Shown here: piece by piece, positions 1 to 11,870 of the stretch
Position numbering within the stretch: position 1 is the first letter of the stretch
How the letters are laid out: every line of letters begins with the position of its first letter
DNA from: Octopus sinensis
Taxonomy: Eukaryota
Direction of reading: 5' to 3'
DNA length: 64,000 bases
Assembly: GCF_006345805.1 (NCBI RefSeq)
Contig: NC_043012.1
Coordinates: 34,472,001 to 34,536,000 of the forward strand
Translations under genes and position numbers: made by a program
Notes under the pieces: model-generated
The model's database searches: none
The model's input: the letters and a program-made list of their open reading frames with translations, nothing else
Told to the model about the DNA's origin: nothing

Positions 1-199
1 ACGGAAGAAGCAGCTTGTTCTTTAGTATTAGGCGTTTGAATAGTGACTTTGCTCTCTAACCTATTTCGACGGGTGGACCTTCGAAATATTCATTAAAAAT
101 CATTCTGTGAAATAAAATTTAAAACGAGACTCCTTCAATTGTAAAACATCGAGAAATATCACAGCATAATTTTAACACACCAGACAGAAGTCCGCAGCA

Positions 200-245
200 A
201 ATAATAATGATGAAAATGGTGGTGATAATAATGATGATGATGATG

Positions 246-294
<49 letters not shown>

Positions 295-305
295 TGATAA
301 TAATG

Positions 306-348
<43 letters not shown>

Positions 349-420
349 TAATAATAATAATAATAATGATGATAATAATAATAATAATAGTAATAATTAT
401 CATGATGATCATGATAATTA
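200..420. repeat. (AAT/GAT)n trinucleotide microsatellite
   Basis: Direct reading; explains the poly-Ile ORFs 119..412 and 207..452. Confidence 0.95.
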
Positions 421-1382
421 TACTTAATATGTTTGATTTATCAAGGATTTAAAGCAAAATAAAAAATAACTTAGGTATCTGTTTTAAATTAACTATAAAA
501 GGAAGGTTGTGAATAAAAGGAAATTTGTTAAAACTGAAAGAAAGATGTGAATAAAATAAATAAAACACACTTAAACATTCTGAAAATATTAATATAAAAT
601 ATCACGAAAATGTATGTAAATTACTTTATTTGGAAACAAGAGAAAACAAACTCAGGGAATATTAGCAATTCAATGAATTTATATTCATTAGAAATATAAC
701 AACCCACAAACAAAATTGCATTCCAGAATCATACAAACAGGGAAAAAGACACACAGACATACGCATGCATGTATAAATAAACATAAACACACATGCATGG
801 CATACACAAACTCAAAGCAATCGTATCGTATTTAGAATATAAACATTATTACTTGATGGAGAAATTTATTCATGAACACACACACACACGCACGCACAAT
901 TTTTTTAAAGTTCCATACCTGAGAACGATAATTGAAATACATTGAAATAAAATATTGAAGAAAAAAAAATTGACAATAGTTCTGATCCAAATATGAGATG
1001 TGAAAGCAACAGCAACGGCGACGTTAACAACAACAACAATAACAACAACATCGGTAAGAACAACAATGCCTTCCACATGAACAGTAAACATGATAAAAAC
1101 CCATGTTAATACATATTGTAAAAGAATAGACAATAAATCACTGTCAGATTGATGCCATTAAAAAATAAATAGACTGCAAAAGTAGTTGCTAACTAATAAA
1201 GTGAAATAATATTAGCATGAACGCTGGATGACCAGAATCAGTGACGACCGCCATCGTCAATCCGCTTCCCTGCTTCCACGCTTCCTTCCAAAATCTCAAC
1301 TTTCTTTTCCAACGTCTCTTCTCTCTTTTACTTTCGTTTCTATTTCTTCCATTCCTCCTCCTCCTCCTTCTCCTCCTCCTAC

Positions 1383-1790
1383 AGGGAAACCGACTTCCAT
1401 GCATTTGTAGATTGTCCGGAATTAAAGAGACTGATAGCTTTCACAGAACAACTGTTGGCATCGATGGGAAGAGTACAGCAATCAGCTGAGTCCATCATTG
1501 AGATTGTGCCGCCTCCTTCCCTTAGCGTGGAGAAGAAGGCCTGTTTTTCCTGCGTGGTAGCCGTATTGAAAAAAAAAACGGTATGGAAGACACGTGTGAA
1601 AGGAATGGTGACGGGTACCTTTGTATCCGGCCAGGGGTTGGTCAGCTTTTTTAGTTACCACCTCAATAGTAAGATCAGGCTGGAGAAGAGGTACCTGTCA
1701 CGAGAGAGATTCGGAAAAAGATGGAAGCTTGTAGTAAGAGAGCTGGGAATGATTGGCACCAAGTAAGTGGAGTTCCGGAAAAAAGCAAAG
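1383..1790 (+). mobile_element. 3' fragment of an L1/Tx1-like non-LTR retrotransposon ORF2 (C-terminal zinc-knuckle region)
   Basis: The frame from 1383 reads RETDFHAFVDCPELKRLIAFTEQLL...KKTVWKTRVKG...RERFGKRW. This resembles the 'ETxxHxFxxCP...WxxR...FxxRW' C-terminus of L1/Tx1 ORF2 and is in frame with ORF 1455..1766. Confidence 0.6.
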
Positions 1791-1989
1791 GTTCTAGCCT
1801 GGTGGTTGGACGCCTTTCCTTCAGGCAGCACATTGTGTAAAACAATGTCTATCATTATTTTTATAAATTTTTAAAAAATGTTCATGATAATTTTAATTCA
1901 TTCATAAAAGCTACTTCACCAATTTTTATGTTTGTCTGTCCTTGTTTGTCCCCTCTCTGTAACGCCTTTGTGGCAAAGTTTTATGAAAC

Positions 1990-2097
1990 AAAATAGCTTG
2001 CTTACCAACCACATGGTTCTGGGTTCAGTCCCACTGCGTGGCACCTTGGGCAAGTGCGTTCTATTAAAGACTCGGGCCGACCAAAGTCTCGTGAGTG
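1990..2097 (+). mobile_element. SINE family B head, truncated
   Basis: Contains gcttgcttaccaaccacatggttctgggttcagtcccactgcgtggcaccttgggcaag, as in the copies at 44575 and 57165. Confidence 0.8.
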
Positions 2098-2891
2098 GAA
2101 ATAACATTCTTAAGATTATACATCTGGAAAAGTACAAGGACATGCTGTTACACTTGGAAAAGTTCAGGACAAGTTATTACGTCTGGTAAAGTACAGACCA
2201 AGAAAAGTTTTACTTAAAATATTGTCGCTAAGGATAAAATTTGAATATTAAAAAATATTTGATTTAAATTTACAAAGTATCATTATAATTAAAAAGGTAA
2301 AATATTAACACACTAGAATACCTAAAAAAAAAATGAGAGCCAGAAGTACCAATATATCTAAAGTTTTATGCAAAGTGGTATAGTATAAATGTTTGGCAAA
2401 TTCATTATGTAAAAAAATAGGCATTGTTCAAGACTAAAAATGTGAAGACTTGGCAATAACTTAGGCAATAACTCAAGCAAATTTTACTGTGAATTTGTTG
2501 TTATAGGCAGATCTTACTGTAATATATAACTAATTTTTGAATTATTCTATTTATTGTACTAATTATGTACTATTATTATTTTTTATAACCTATTTTCAAA
2601 TTTCTAATTATTAATTAATAATTAGAAAAATGAATTTTTTTAAAGTGCAAAAAAAAATTTAATTGAGTTATTTTTTATATTTAATAGAAGTAACAAGTAA
2701 TGACAAATAGAAGTAATAACTTGTAATAAAATTTTTACTTTCAATAAAAGCTAATATTTTCCAAATCTAATCATTAGTAAAATTTTATCCTTTGCTGCAA
2801 TATTTTTAGTAAACATTTCCTTGTTTACTTTACCAGATGTAATAACATGTCCTCTACTTTTCCAGATATATAATCTTAAGAATATTATTTC
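2098..2891. mobile_element. Foldback/MITE-like element with long degenerate terminal inverted repeats (TIRs) built from ~30-bp subrepeats
   Basis: 2098-2250 (gaaataacattcttaagattatacatctggaaaagtac...) is the approximate reverse complement of 2775-2891. The tacatctggaaaagtac subunit occurs 3 times on the left and 2 times on the right. Confidence 0.6.
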
Positions 2892-3393
2892 TCTTGCATT
2901 TTTCCATGTTATATATAATTACCTACACACAAAACATCCGTCTATTCAGAAATTAATATATTGTTATATCTTTAGATTGTATTTTTGGTTTTATTGAATA
3001 TATTAACCTTATTACATCGTTAAAGATTATCTCTTTCTGACCACCAACGCAACCCCTCCACAAAACCAGTAATAAAAATTTCGGCAAAACCGTACACAAA
3101 ACAAAATAAGGACCTTTACCGCAACCCTATTTCTCTCGTCCCTGAAACTTAGCTGCTCGTTGATTTATGTTTTTTTTGTTTTACTTTTTTAAAATTCATT
3201 ATTGAAAAGATCCAAAAAAACAACTAGGTGCTGCATAACAGTGATTACCAGATTATAGGCACTACGCATTGGTGGGACAGGAAATGTAGCTTACGTGTAA
3301 TGTGGAAAATGACAAGATACTGAAAACAGTGTGGAAATAGGGTAATTTTACGGACGTTTTTACTTAATTTATTGCAGTTTAAATTATAAATAA

Positions 3394-3573
3394 TTGCAGC
3401 GTGGAAGGTGTTTATAAGCCATTTAAGAATCACACAAAAACCGTTAGATTCACTTCAAAATTTTAATTTTAATTTGTCAAAATATTTTCGTCGCTTTGAG
3501 ACCGCGACCTGTTCACTGAAAAAACTTCGTGCTGCATCACTTAAATGGCTTATAAATACCTTCCACGCTGCAA
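3394..3573. repeat. Short element bounded by a 34-bp inverted repeat (1 mismatch), with a decayed hammerhead-like motif inside
   Basis: ttgcagcgtggaaggtgtttataagccatttaag (3394-3427) versus cttaaatggcttataaataccttccacgctgcaa (3540-3573). Confidence 0.6.
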
Positions 3574-4516
3574 GTGTTTTCGCTTCAGCACACGATCTCA
3601 GATCAAGTCACTCGCTATGCAAGTACATCTCCGTAAAATTATAAGTAGTTTAAAGTATAATATATAAATACTTTGTAAGACATTTTTTTGTCTTTATGTA
3701 CGAAAGGCATCGCAGTATATTTTATTTGATCGAAAGTGCTGCAAATTAGTATGGAAAGCAGCGATTTACAGTGTTAAGTCTCGCTGTTCACTAATTACCA
3801 TATGCAATATCAATGATGTGGCATACTTTTTCACGTACATTAACTGCCGAGTCTCCATCACTTGATGATTTACTCTTGACATTAATTGTTAAATAAACTG
3901 TTTAGCAACGAGAACATTTGTCGTCCTGATTGCACCTAAGTTGTATGAGGCCCTACTGTAATGAAATAATGATTCTGCGGGTGTCAGGCACGTTGTTTTC
4001 ACTGGCAGTTAGTATCCCCAAATTATCTTACGACAAAGATATATTTAATATACGTAAAATTTATCGTCTTAAAGAGGCAGTTGTATGTTGGGTACAAACG
4101 CAATCACTCTGCTGTCTTAATCATACACAATATACCTTAAAAGAGCCCTGGAGGATGACTGGGAACACTTTTAGTTGTAATTCTGCTCGATTAAGACTCA
4201 TATTGGGTTAATGAATATCTTGAAACTGGACATAAACAGCTGTTATTAAAATAAGACATTTACATATTTTTCTGAACCATTACAAGATAAGATAGCCCTG
4301 CAGGCTTGAGCCAACTCTTTACAGTAGCCAGTCTTGGGACATATGTCTCATCATATATCGCTCCATACCACAAAAATGCAAATTTAAGCAACACCACATT
4401 CATTACAGAATACACTAGACTTTACATTAAATAAATTACAAAAATGTGTGAGAGTCAAATATAAAGATTACGTTTCAAAATTATGTTAGTAAATTTTTTT
4501 ATTATGCTGTACAAAC

Positions 4517-5530
4517 TCTCTCAGAGACCGCCTCGGTGAGTTCGATACCACCATCAAGCGATGTGCTGAACTGATCTGCAATGTTAGTTTTGACAGCGCC
4601 AGCTGGAAGCAGGCCAAAGTGCCTATTAAATTCGGTGGCCTTGGTCTCCATTTCGCAGTAGACCTGGCTCTGTTGGTCTATCTTTCTCCGGTCGTACTCT
4701 TATTGATGAGATACTACACGGGATGACCGGACCAGATGCCTCCTAGGAACTGGAGTTAACCCTAGCTGTTAGGACCGCTGGATGCCTTGCCATCCTCCGG
4801 AAGACGGATGTCCAACGCAACCACAGCAACATCAGATGCAAGTCCACCTTCGCCCGGCCAAAGATATCACTAGACCAGCACCGCCTTGCTTGCTTCCGTT
4901 CCGCCTCGCAGCAAAATAGCGGTGCGTGGCTCAAATTTGGTGCCCTCCTCATCTACCGGTACCCTTCAAGATAATGAGTGTACCTGTATTGGAGTGGCGA
5001 AATGCCTCGGTCTCCGCATGTGTGAGCCGCACAAATGTCGCTGTGGAGCGGTAGTTGACGAATTCGGGCTGTATTCATTATTTGACACTCTTGGAGGGGT
5101 CCGATTTCCCGGATACTCCACGCTGAATGACATAATCAGAAGGGGCCTTGACGTGGCTGGCTTCTCGTCACAACTTGAGTCAGTAGGTCTCGACTGAGGG
5201 GGCGTTAAGCGCCCCAACAGAATAACCCTCTTCTCATTCGTGAGAGGCAGGTCTCTAGTCTGGGGCGTGACGTGCAACGACATGTTGTCCAGCTCCAACT
5301 GTTCAGCATCGGCTGCAAACCCGGTTGAGGCCGCCTGTAACGAGGAGTAGAGAAAAATCAATAAATATAGGTATGACCGGCCGCTATCAGTTCGCTCTGG
5401 TTGCCGTGGAGATGTCAGTTATTCTCAGACGTCGTACTATCGGTGGTTCATCGGAGAAATGAAGCCCGCGAAGTGGAGTGGCTGCCGCAGCGATCCATCG
5501 CGGTCATTACTGCGGGGGCGGCTGAACACA
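4517..5530 (+). mobile_element. Degenerate CRE-clade non-LTR retrotransposon, 3' part (end of RT, CCHC motif, restriction-like endonuclease)
   Basis: Translates to WKQAKVPIKFGGLG..., SGAWL, CEPHKCRCGAVVD, LNDIIRRGL, KRPNRITL...GRSLVWGVTC...E*RKINKY. These match CRE-type WxQAxLP..GGLG, zinc-finger and RPDG/WDxT/ExxKxxKY motifs, with stops and frameshifts. Confidence 0.75.
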
Positions 5531-5989
5531 CCATTTGATCAGGGGTAAGCGGGTCATCGCCTCGCACCCTCCAACTTCTGCTACTCTCCCCCCTTTTTCC
5601 TTCTTTTTATTTCCTTTCTTTATCTCGCTTTTTACCTGTTTCTTTATACTTGTGTATGTGTTTTTATTCATGAATAACAACAGTCACAGTTTGTCCCTGT
5701 GCCGCTGGTCATCCATACCTACAATGGTGTATTCCTGTTATTGGTTTATTGATAGAGACTTCATGTCTTCGATGCCTCGAGGGTAAGGCAGCATTTTGAC
5801 TCTATGTATCTTGGGTAGCAGCTCCGTACTTTAAAAAAATGGACATCATACAGTTGGTGAACCAATGAATGTTTTGTTTATCATTACGCGTGTTTAAAAT
5901 CGCTTCGGTCTGCTACTGCCTCTCCCATCAAGAGAAAAATAAAAACAATAACCTTTTCTACTATAAGCAGAAGACCTAAAATTTTGGAA

Positions 5990-6712
5990 GAAATGAGATT
6001 ACATCGACTCCAATACTTGCCTAGTACTTATTTCATCGACCAAGAAAGGATAAAACGCAAAATCGACCGCGGCAGAATTTGAACTCAGAACTGTAAAGAC
6101 GAACGAAATATCTATTTCTTTACTACCCACAAGGGGCTAAACATAGTGGGGACAAACAAGGACAGACAAATGTATTAAGTCGATTATATCAACCCCAGTG
6201 CGTAACTGGTACTTATTTAATCGAACCCGAAAGGATGAAAGGCAAAGTCGACCTCGGCGGAATTTAACTCAGAACGTAGCGGCAGACGAAATACTCATTT
6301 CTTTACTACCCACAAGGGGCTAAACACAGAGAGGACAAACAAGGACAGACAAACGGATTAAGTCGATTATATCGACATCAGTGCGTAACTGGTACTTATT
6401 TAATCGACCCCGAAAGGATGAAAGGCAAAGTCGACCTCGGCGGAATTTAACTCAGAACGTAGCGGCAGACGAAATACTCATTTCTTTACTACCCACAAGG
6501 GGCTAAACACAGAGAGGACAAACAAGGACTGACAAACGGATTAAGTCGATTACATCGACCCCAGTGCGTAACTGGTACTTATTTAATCGACCCCGAAAGG
6601 ATGAAAGGCAAAGTCGACCTCGGCGGAATTTGAACCCAGAACTGTAAAGACGAACGAAATACCTGTAAAGCATTTCGCCCGGCGTGCTAACGATTCTGCC
6701 AGCTCGCCGACT
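5990..6712 (-). mobile_element. Tandem array of SINE family A (one head, three bodies at ~183-bp period, plus a degenerate partial body)
   Basis: The unit tttctttactacccacaaggggctaaac...gacgaaata starts near 6115, 6298 and 6481; the head (cgagctggcagaatcgttagcacgccgggcgaaatgc on -) occurs only at 6665-6712. Confidence 0.9.
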
Positions 6713-8478
6713 TGACAGCAGTAATGACAATAAAAATAATAAGAAGAATAGTTACAATAAAAATAATTAACTTTTAATGTAAACTACTTTCGAAAAAGAC
6801 TTAAGATGCTTAACGAGTATGAAGAGTTTGGAAGAGGTTTCACACGTTTCTGAATAGTAATACTCAACTGAGAGTAAAACTGATTATATGTTGTTTTTGT
6901 ATGTGTGAAAGCTAACATGAACGAAACGTATTACTTTTGCTCTGGAAACTGGCAAAAGAATATCATTTAGCAACGAACTGCCGATGAATTGCTGTGAAAA
7001 CTGAAGATTACGTTTTCATTGTCAAACATTTTATTAAGTTAGGAAATCAATTCCCTGGAACCTCAGAAACAATTTTAGATGAAGAGCTTCTTCGATCAGT
7101 TTGGAAGCTGTTTAATTAAACGCCTTATCTAAATACAAAAAACTGATAATGAAATATCGTTAAGACTTTGTATAAAGCCTCTACTGATATCTGTCTTATT
7201 TGTCAAAAGTTATTATTGGTGGAATCGACTCTTCAACTATTCTTAATCAGAAGTATCCATCAAAGGGAGATTAAGCCTTTTAGCTTCAAAATTGTACCAA
7301 ACTACACTCGAGGGCAGAATCTAATTATAATGGTAGCATGTATCGTCTTTGAGTATCTATTAACAGATAGGTGGATTGGGCCAGTGAAAGTTGTTTTAGT
7401 CGATGGAATACTAACAGGCAACCCTCCGGTTGTCATGGGAAAACTTGATCGCGCAAGTAAACAAGACTGTATTCTATACACAAAGAATAATATGCATGTG
7501 TATATATATCTATATGAACACATACAAACACACAGGTACATGTATATTACAAGGTTGCTCATTCACAAGGACTCCACTCTATGGCAGGGTTGCTCATTTT
7601 CACCTGAGTAAACCGAAGCAACATGAATTGAAACATGTTGCTCGAGGATAAGATACACTGCTCAATCGAATCACACACACACACACACAGACACACAAAT
7701 GCACGCACGCACTCTCGCACGCACGCACACACACACACACACACACAGACACACAAATGCACGCACGCACTCTCGCACGCACGCACTCTCGCACGCATGC
7801 ACTCTCGCACGCACGCACACACACAACTGTTCGCTCACGGACCAACCTTATTCGACATTGTACAATGTCATCTGCAGAAGGGAATTATTGTCACATTCTC
7901 TTTATATGAATTCGTGTGTGTGTGTGTGTGTGTATGTGTGTGTATGTGTGTATAGATGTGCAGCGCTGGATTAACCATTAAGCAAAATAACCACGTGCAT
8001 AAAGGGAAAGGGAAATGGTTTACGGTACAAAAGAAATCACTCTAAAGTTGCTAAAATAATATTCGAAGTGGTTTTATATGATTGGAAATGTAATTTCGAA
8101 GTTTTCCCGAAGTCATAGTGTTGTCATATAAAATTGTCCAATCACGAACGAGATGGGCAGCACTTATGATTTATTCATGGCTATTGTTTACCAGTCACTT
8201 TTATATGTTGGTCAATGGCCTTTGCATGTGGTGCTTGTCTCGAAAAATTTACATTGATAACACAATGTTTTATAGAATGACAATGCCAAATTATGATTCA
8301 GATAACTCTGTCTGTCTGTCTCTGTCTGTCTGTCTGTCTCTCTCTCTCTCCACACACACATATATATGTACACACACATATACACACATATTCTACATAT
8401 ATATGGTAAAATTGCATAAAGTGCTCGTTTTGGAATCTGCTTTATAACTTATTTTCGAAGTCCAGAAAGAGAACTTTT

Positions 8479-8512
<34 letters not shown>

Positions 8513-8558
8513 TGTATGTATGTATGTATGTATGTATGTATGTATGTATGTATGTATG

Positions 8559-8627
<69 letters not shown>

Positions 8628-9172
8628 ATATAAATCTTTAGTTAAATATATTCAATGAGAATATTATATTCTGAATTTATACTGAGTGCTCTATTGTATC
8701 AAAGTATTAATACTATTAAAGTATTTATACATTTAATACGAGCCATTATGTATGTATATATATATATATTAATAATATATTATTAATATTAGGAAATCGA
8801 TATCAAATCTCCCCAGAAAGATATACGCGTGTGAAGAATGATTGATGTATTAAAAATATATAAATAAATAAATAAATATAAATATATATGTAAATATATA
8901 TAAGTATAAATATGTAATGTTTATGACAGTTTAAAAGTTTTGAAGTAAGTATTTAAAGCATCTTACAATCGTTTCACAGAAGAGTTGTCCCTATAATGAA
9001 ATCCTATATTGATAAGCATTTATAGACAACGCTTCTGCTCTTCAGAGATATAATATTTGAATTCTGTATAACATATCGAATGGTAGTTTTATTTTTTAAA
9101 ATTTGAAGTAAAACTACAAAATGGTGTTTGTTTGAAAGATAAATTAAAAATGAAAAAATTACTGCTTTTGAT

Positions 9173-9314
9173 GAAAGTCTTTAAATTCATATATTCTTCC
9201 TTGGTTATTCTTCTGCAATACTAACCAAGGAAGTATATATGGATTTAAAGAATAACCAAAGAAGTATATATGGATTTAAAGACCAAGGAAATATATATGG
9301 ATTTACAGACTTTC
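9173..9314. repeat. Small foldback: one ~30-bp arm inverted against three tandem copies
   Basis: gaaagtctttaaattcatatattcttccttggtta is reverse-complementary to taaccaaggaagtatatatggatttaaaga, which is present 3 times from 9222. Confidence 0.7.
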
Positions 9315-9327
9315 TGTATATATATAT

Positions 9328-10152
9328 GAGCAAAACGCCCCCCGCTCAATGGACGGTGCTGAGTTGTCAAACATTTAAACGAAATTTTCTCAAAACAACT
9401 TCTCCGACCGTCCTATAGGCCTCCCCTTTGGGAAACACTGATTTAACTTAAATTTGAGACACCAGCAAAAGAAGAAATAAAGATAGACTTTTTCTCTATT
9501 CCAAAGAAAAATAATTTAATTCACACAAATATGCAACCGAAGAGTTTAAAGTACCAGTAATGATAAGGTTGTTGAGTGGGAGAACACAAACATGGTTTAA
9601 ACAGTAAGCTTGGCAGGAAAGAAATGTGCCTTTAAGCAGTACAAAAAAAAAAAAAATGGAAAGTGCAGTTATGTACAGATTGACGGAAGAAAAGCAGGAC
9701 AAAAACGATGCATGCAAATGGGTTAGCTGGAGGTAAATCTAGATGGAAAAGCATGATGAATTTATGAAAACGCACCTGGGACAATAATAAGTTTATCCGA
9801 TAAAACATGTAGGAAATCAACTTGGGGCGATTTTTGATGAAAAGCAACAACCTAAGGAACTAAGTAACTAATTTTAAGCAAAACTTACTTTACGGGATGT
9901 TCAAGGGCATGGAAAAGCTAGTGGAGCGCAGCCTTGTAAACCATATTCCTGATGTACTTGCGCGTACAAATGCATATTCCCACGGATTTATCGATCGCAT
10001 TCTCACCTGGAATCGATTTTTGTAATTGTTTCAAGACTTATACACGCCCTGATACCGTCGGTATCTACATATCAAATTTGAGCGCAATCGGATGGAGGAT
10101 GCCCGAGATCCTAGAAGACACACACACAGACAGAACTGATTTTAAACAATGT
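9328..10152 (-). mobile_element. Non-autonomous Helitron/Helentron-like element, copy 1
   Basis: 9955-10152 and 9328-9598 are inverted homologues of 60753-60958 and 61291-61567; the 5' end is followed by a (CTGT/GT)n tract typical of HINE/DINE-like elements. Confidence 0.6.
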
Positions 10153-10389
10153 ATATATATATATATATGTATATGCATAAATGTGTGTGTGTGTGTGTGT
10201 GTGTATGTGTGTGTGTGTGTGTGTTCTAAGTTCAGCTATTATAATTATTAATTATAGTGCCTGGAAATTTATGAACATTTCTCTTTTCGAAAGCGTTTTC
10301 TATTGACACACACACAAAAATAAAATAGTAATGATAGAGGTTAATTATATACATTAATTTTGGGAATACCGGAAAATCAGAACCTGGTA

Positions 10390-10551
10390 ATTGCCTCACG
10401 GTTCCCGGAGCTTCACGTGATCGCGGTTGCCATAGTCATGTCGGCTGTCCTGTTCAGTTATCCACTGACAAGCGAGTGCAGCGATGCTCAGCAGCTCACT
10501 CAACGTCCAATGTACCAACAACACACGTGACAACATTGTAACATTGTAAGT
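10390..10551 (+). promoter_or_regulatory. CpG-rich promoter/first-exon-like segment ending at a GTAAGT donor
   Basis: TCACGTGA and CACGTG E-boxes, GTTGCCATAG RFX-like half site, donor ACATT|GTAAGT at 10546; optional ATG at 10484 (MLSSSLNVQCTNNTRDNIVT, phase 2). Confidence 0.35.
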
Positions 10552-10696
10552 TGATCCCTGTTTTTTTTTTTAATATTCTATCTTCTCTTTCCATTTTCTA
10601 TGACGCTGAAAACAAATAACGTAATAATTGTTCCATAATTTTGCGGACTGGTATTGCTTATGAAATGTCGTGAAACTGGCCAAGCGATATATATTA

Positions 10697-10928
10697 AGGC
10701 GGCGAGCTGGCAGAAACGTTAGCACGGTGGGCGAAATGCTTAGCGGTATTTCGTCTGCCGCTATGTTCTGAGTTCAAATTCCACCGAGGCCGACTTTGCC
10801 TTTCATCCTTTCGGTGTCGATTAAATAAGTACCAGTTACGCACTTGGGTCGATATAATCGACTTAATCCGTTTTTCTGTCGTTGTTTGTCCTCTCTGTGT
10901 TTAGCCCCTTGTGGGAAGTAAAGAAATT
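10697..10928 (+). mobile_element. SINE family A, full length
   Basis: ggcggcgagctggcagaaacgttagcac...gttcaaattcc (B-box-like)...gtaaagaaat. Confidence 0.9.
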
Positions 10929-11299
10929 GGTATATAGTACTGCTGCTTTTGACATTGCATGTATTTTCTGATCTTGATTTTTCACATGGTGATGAAATAA
11001 CAGCGATAACTGAATTTGCATTTCATGTTGTCAATATACGTCATGCTGATGATGTCTCCTTGGGAATTTTTTGTAATTGGTGTCGTCATGGTGTCATCAC
11101 CACCGATTTTTCCAATTGTATACATGGTATATACAATTGGAAAAATCGATTGTAGCTAGAATCTACGCATTTACTATGTGTATATCATGTTAATACATTG
11201 AAAAAGATATTGTTTTAATTGAGACCAATTCGTGTTTTAGTTTCTACATACGAGTTGCATATGTCTTTATATGTCTACTTCTTCAGAACAACAGTTGCT

Positions 11300-11610
11300 A
11301 TTGCAGATATTGTCTTCTTTTCAATTCGCTCGTAAAGGAGAAATTATTGCAAACGCAATGCCGTGACTCCCTCTCCCTCCCTCTCTTTCTCTCGACACAC
11401 TCACATGCACGCGTGCTCGCGCGAATATATGACGGATTTCCGCCTGTCGAATCCCACGCAGAAGCTAGTGGCTTACCTAAGGCTATTGGTACACAGAACA
11501 CGGAATTGAGCTTTGTGCGAAGCGACCTTCTTCAACATACGACCAAGCCTGCCATTTTGTTAATCAGCTGAAATAGTTAAACAGATCTCACACAAACTGC
11601 AACCTTTGAC
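11300..11610 (-). repeat. Local duplication, copy 1, containing a candidate 91-nt exon (11567-11477, minus strand)
   Basis: Homologous to 14320-14640. On the minus strand: ttaactatttcag|CTGATTAACAAAATGGC...CCTTAG|gtaagc. Confidence 0.7.
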
Positions 11611-11870
11611 CTAACTGCTACTATAATACATGAAAATATATACGGTTTCTTTCCGTGTCTGCCAAATACTATAAATAGAAAAATATGCATACAATCATAT
11701 AGAATATATAACGTATTCAAAGTTTTCTGGAAAATATATCTAAAAAGGATGGCTTACTGAGAATGATATTCTATCAGATCGAAGACAGATTTGTTATCGA
11801 TCTAAACAACAACAACAACAACAATACGTCATCATTGATTTATTGTTAGTTATATTTCGAATTACATATA

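Noticed and set aside
7168-7611. 147-aa ORF as a host CDS
   Set aside because: No recognisable domain, it ends in a microsatellite, and no convincing splice signals were found.
10949-11155. 68-aa ORF as an exon of the 10.4-kb candidate gene
   Set aside because: No clear acceptor/donor pair in a compatible phase and no recognisable motif.
11462-11575. Plus-strand 114-nt exon reading of the duplicated block
   Set aside because: Stops occur in all three frames and the GTTAAA/GTTAAG donors are weaker than the minus-strand AG|GTAAGC.
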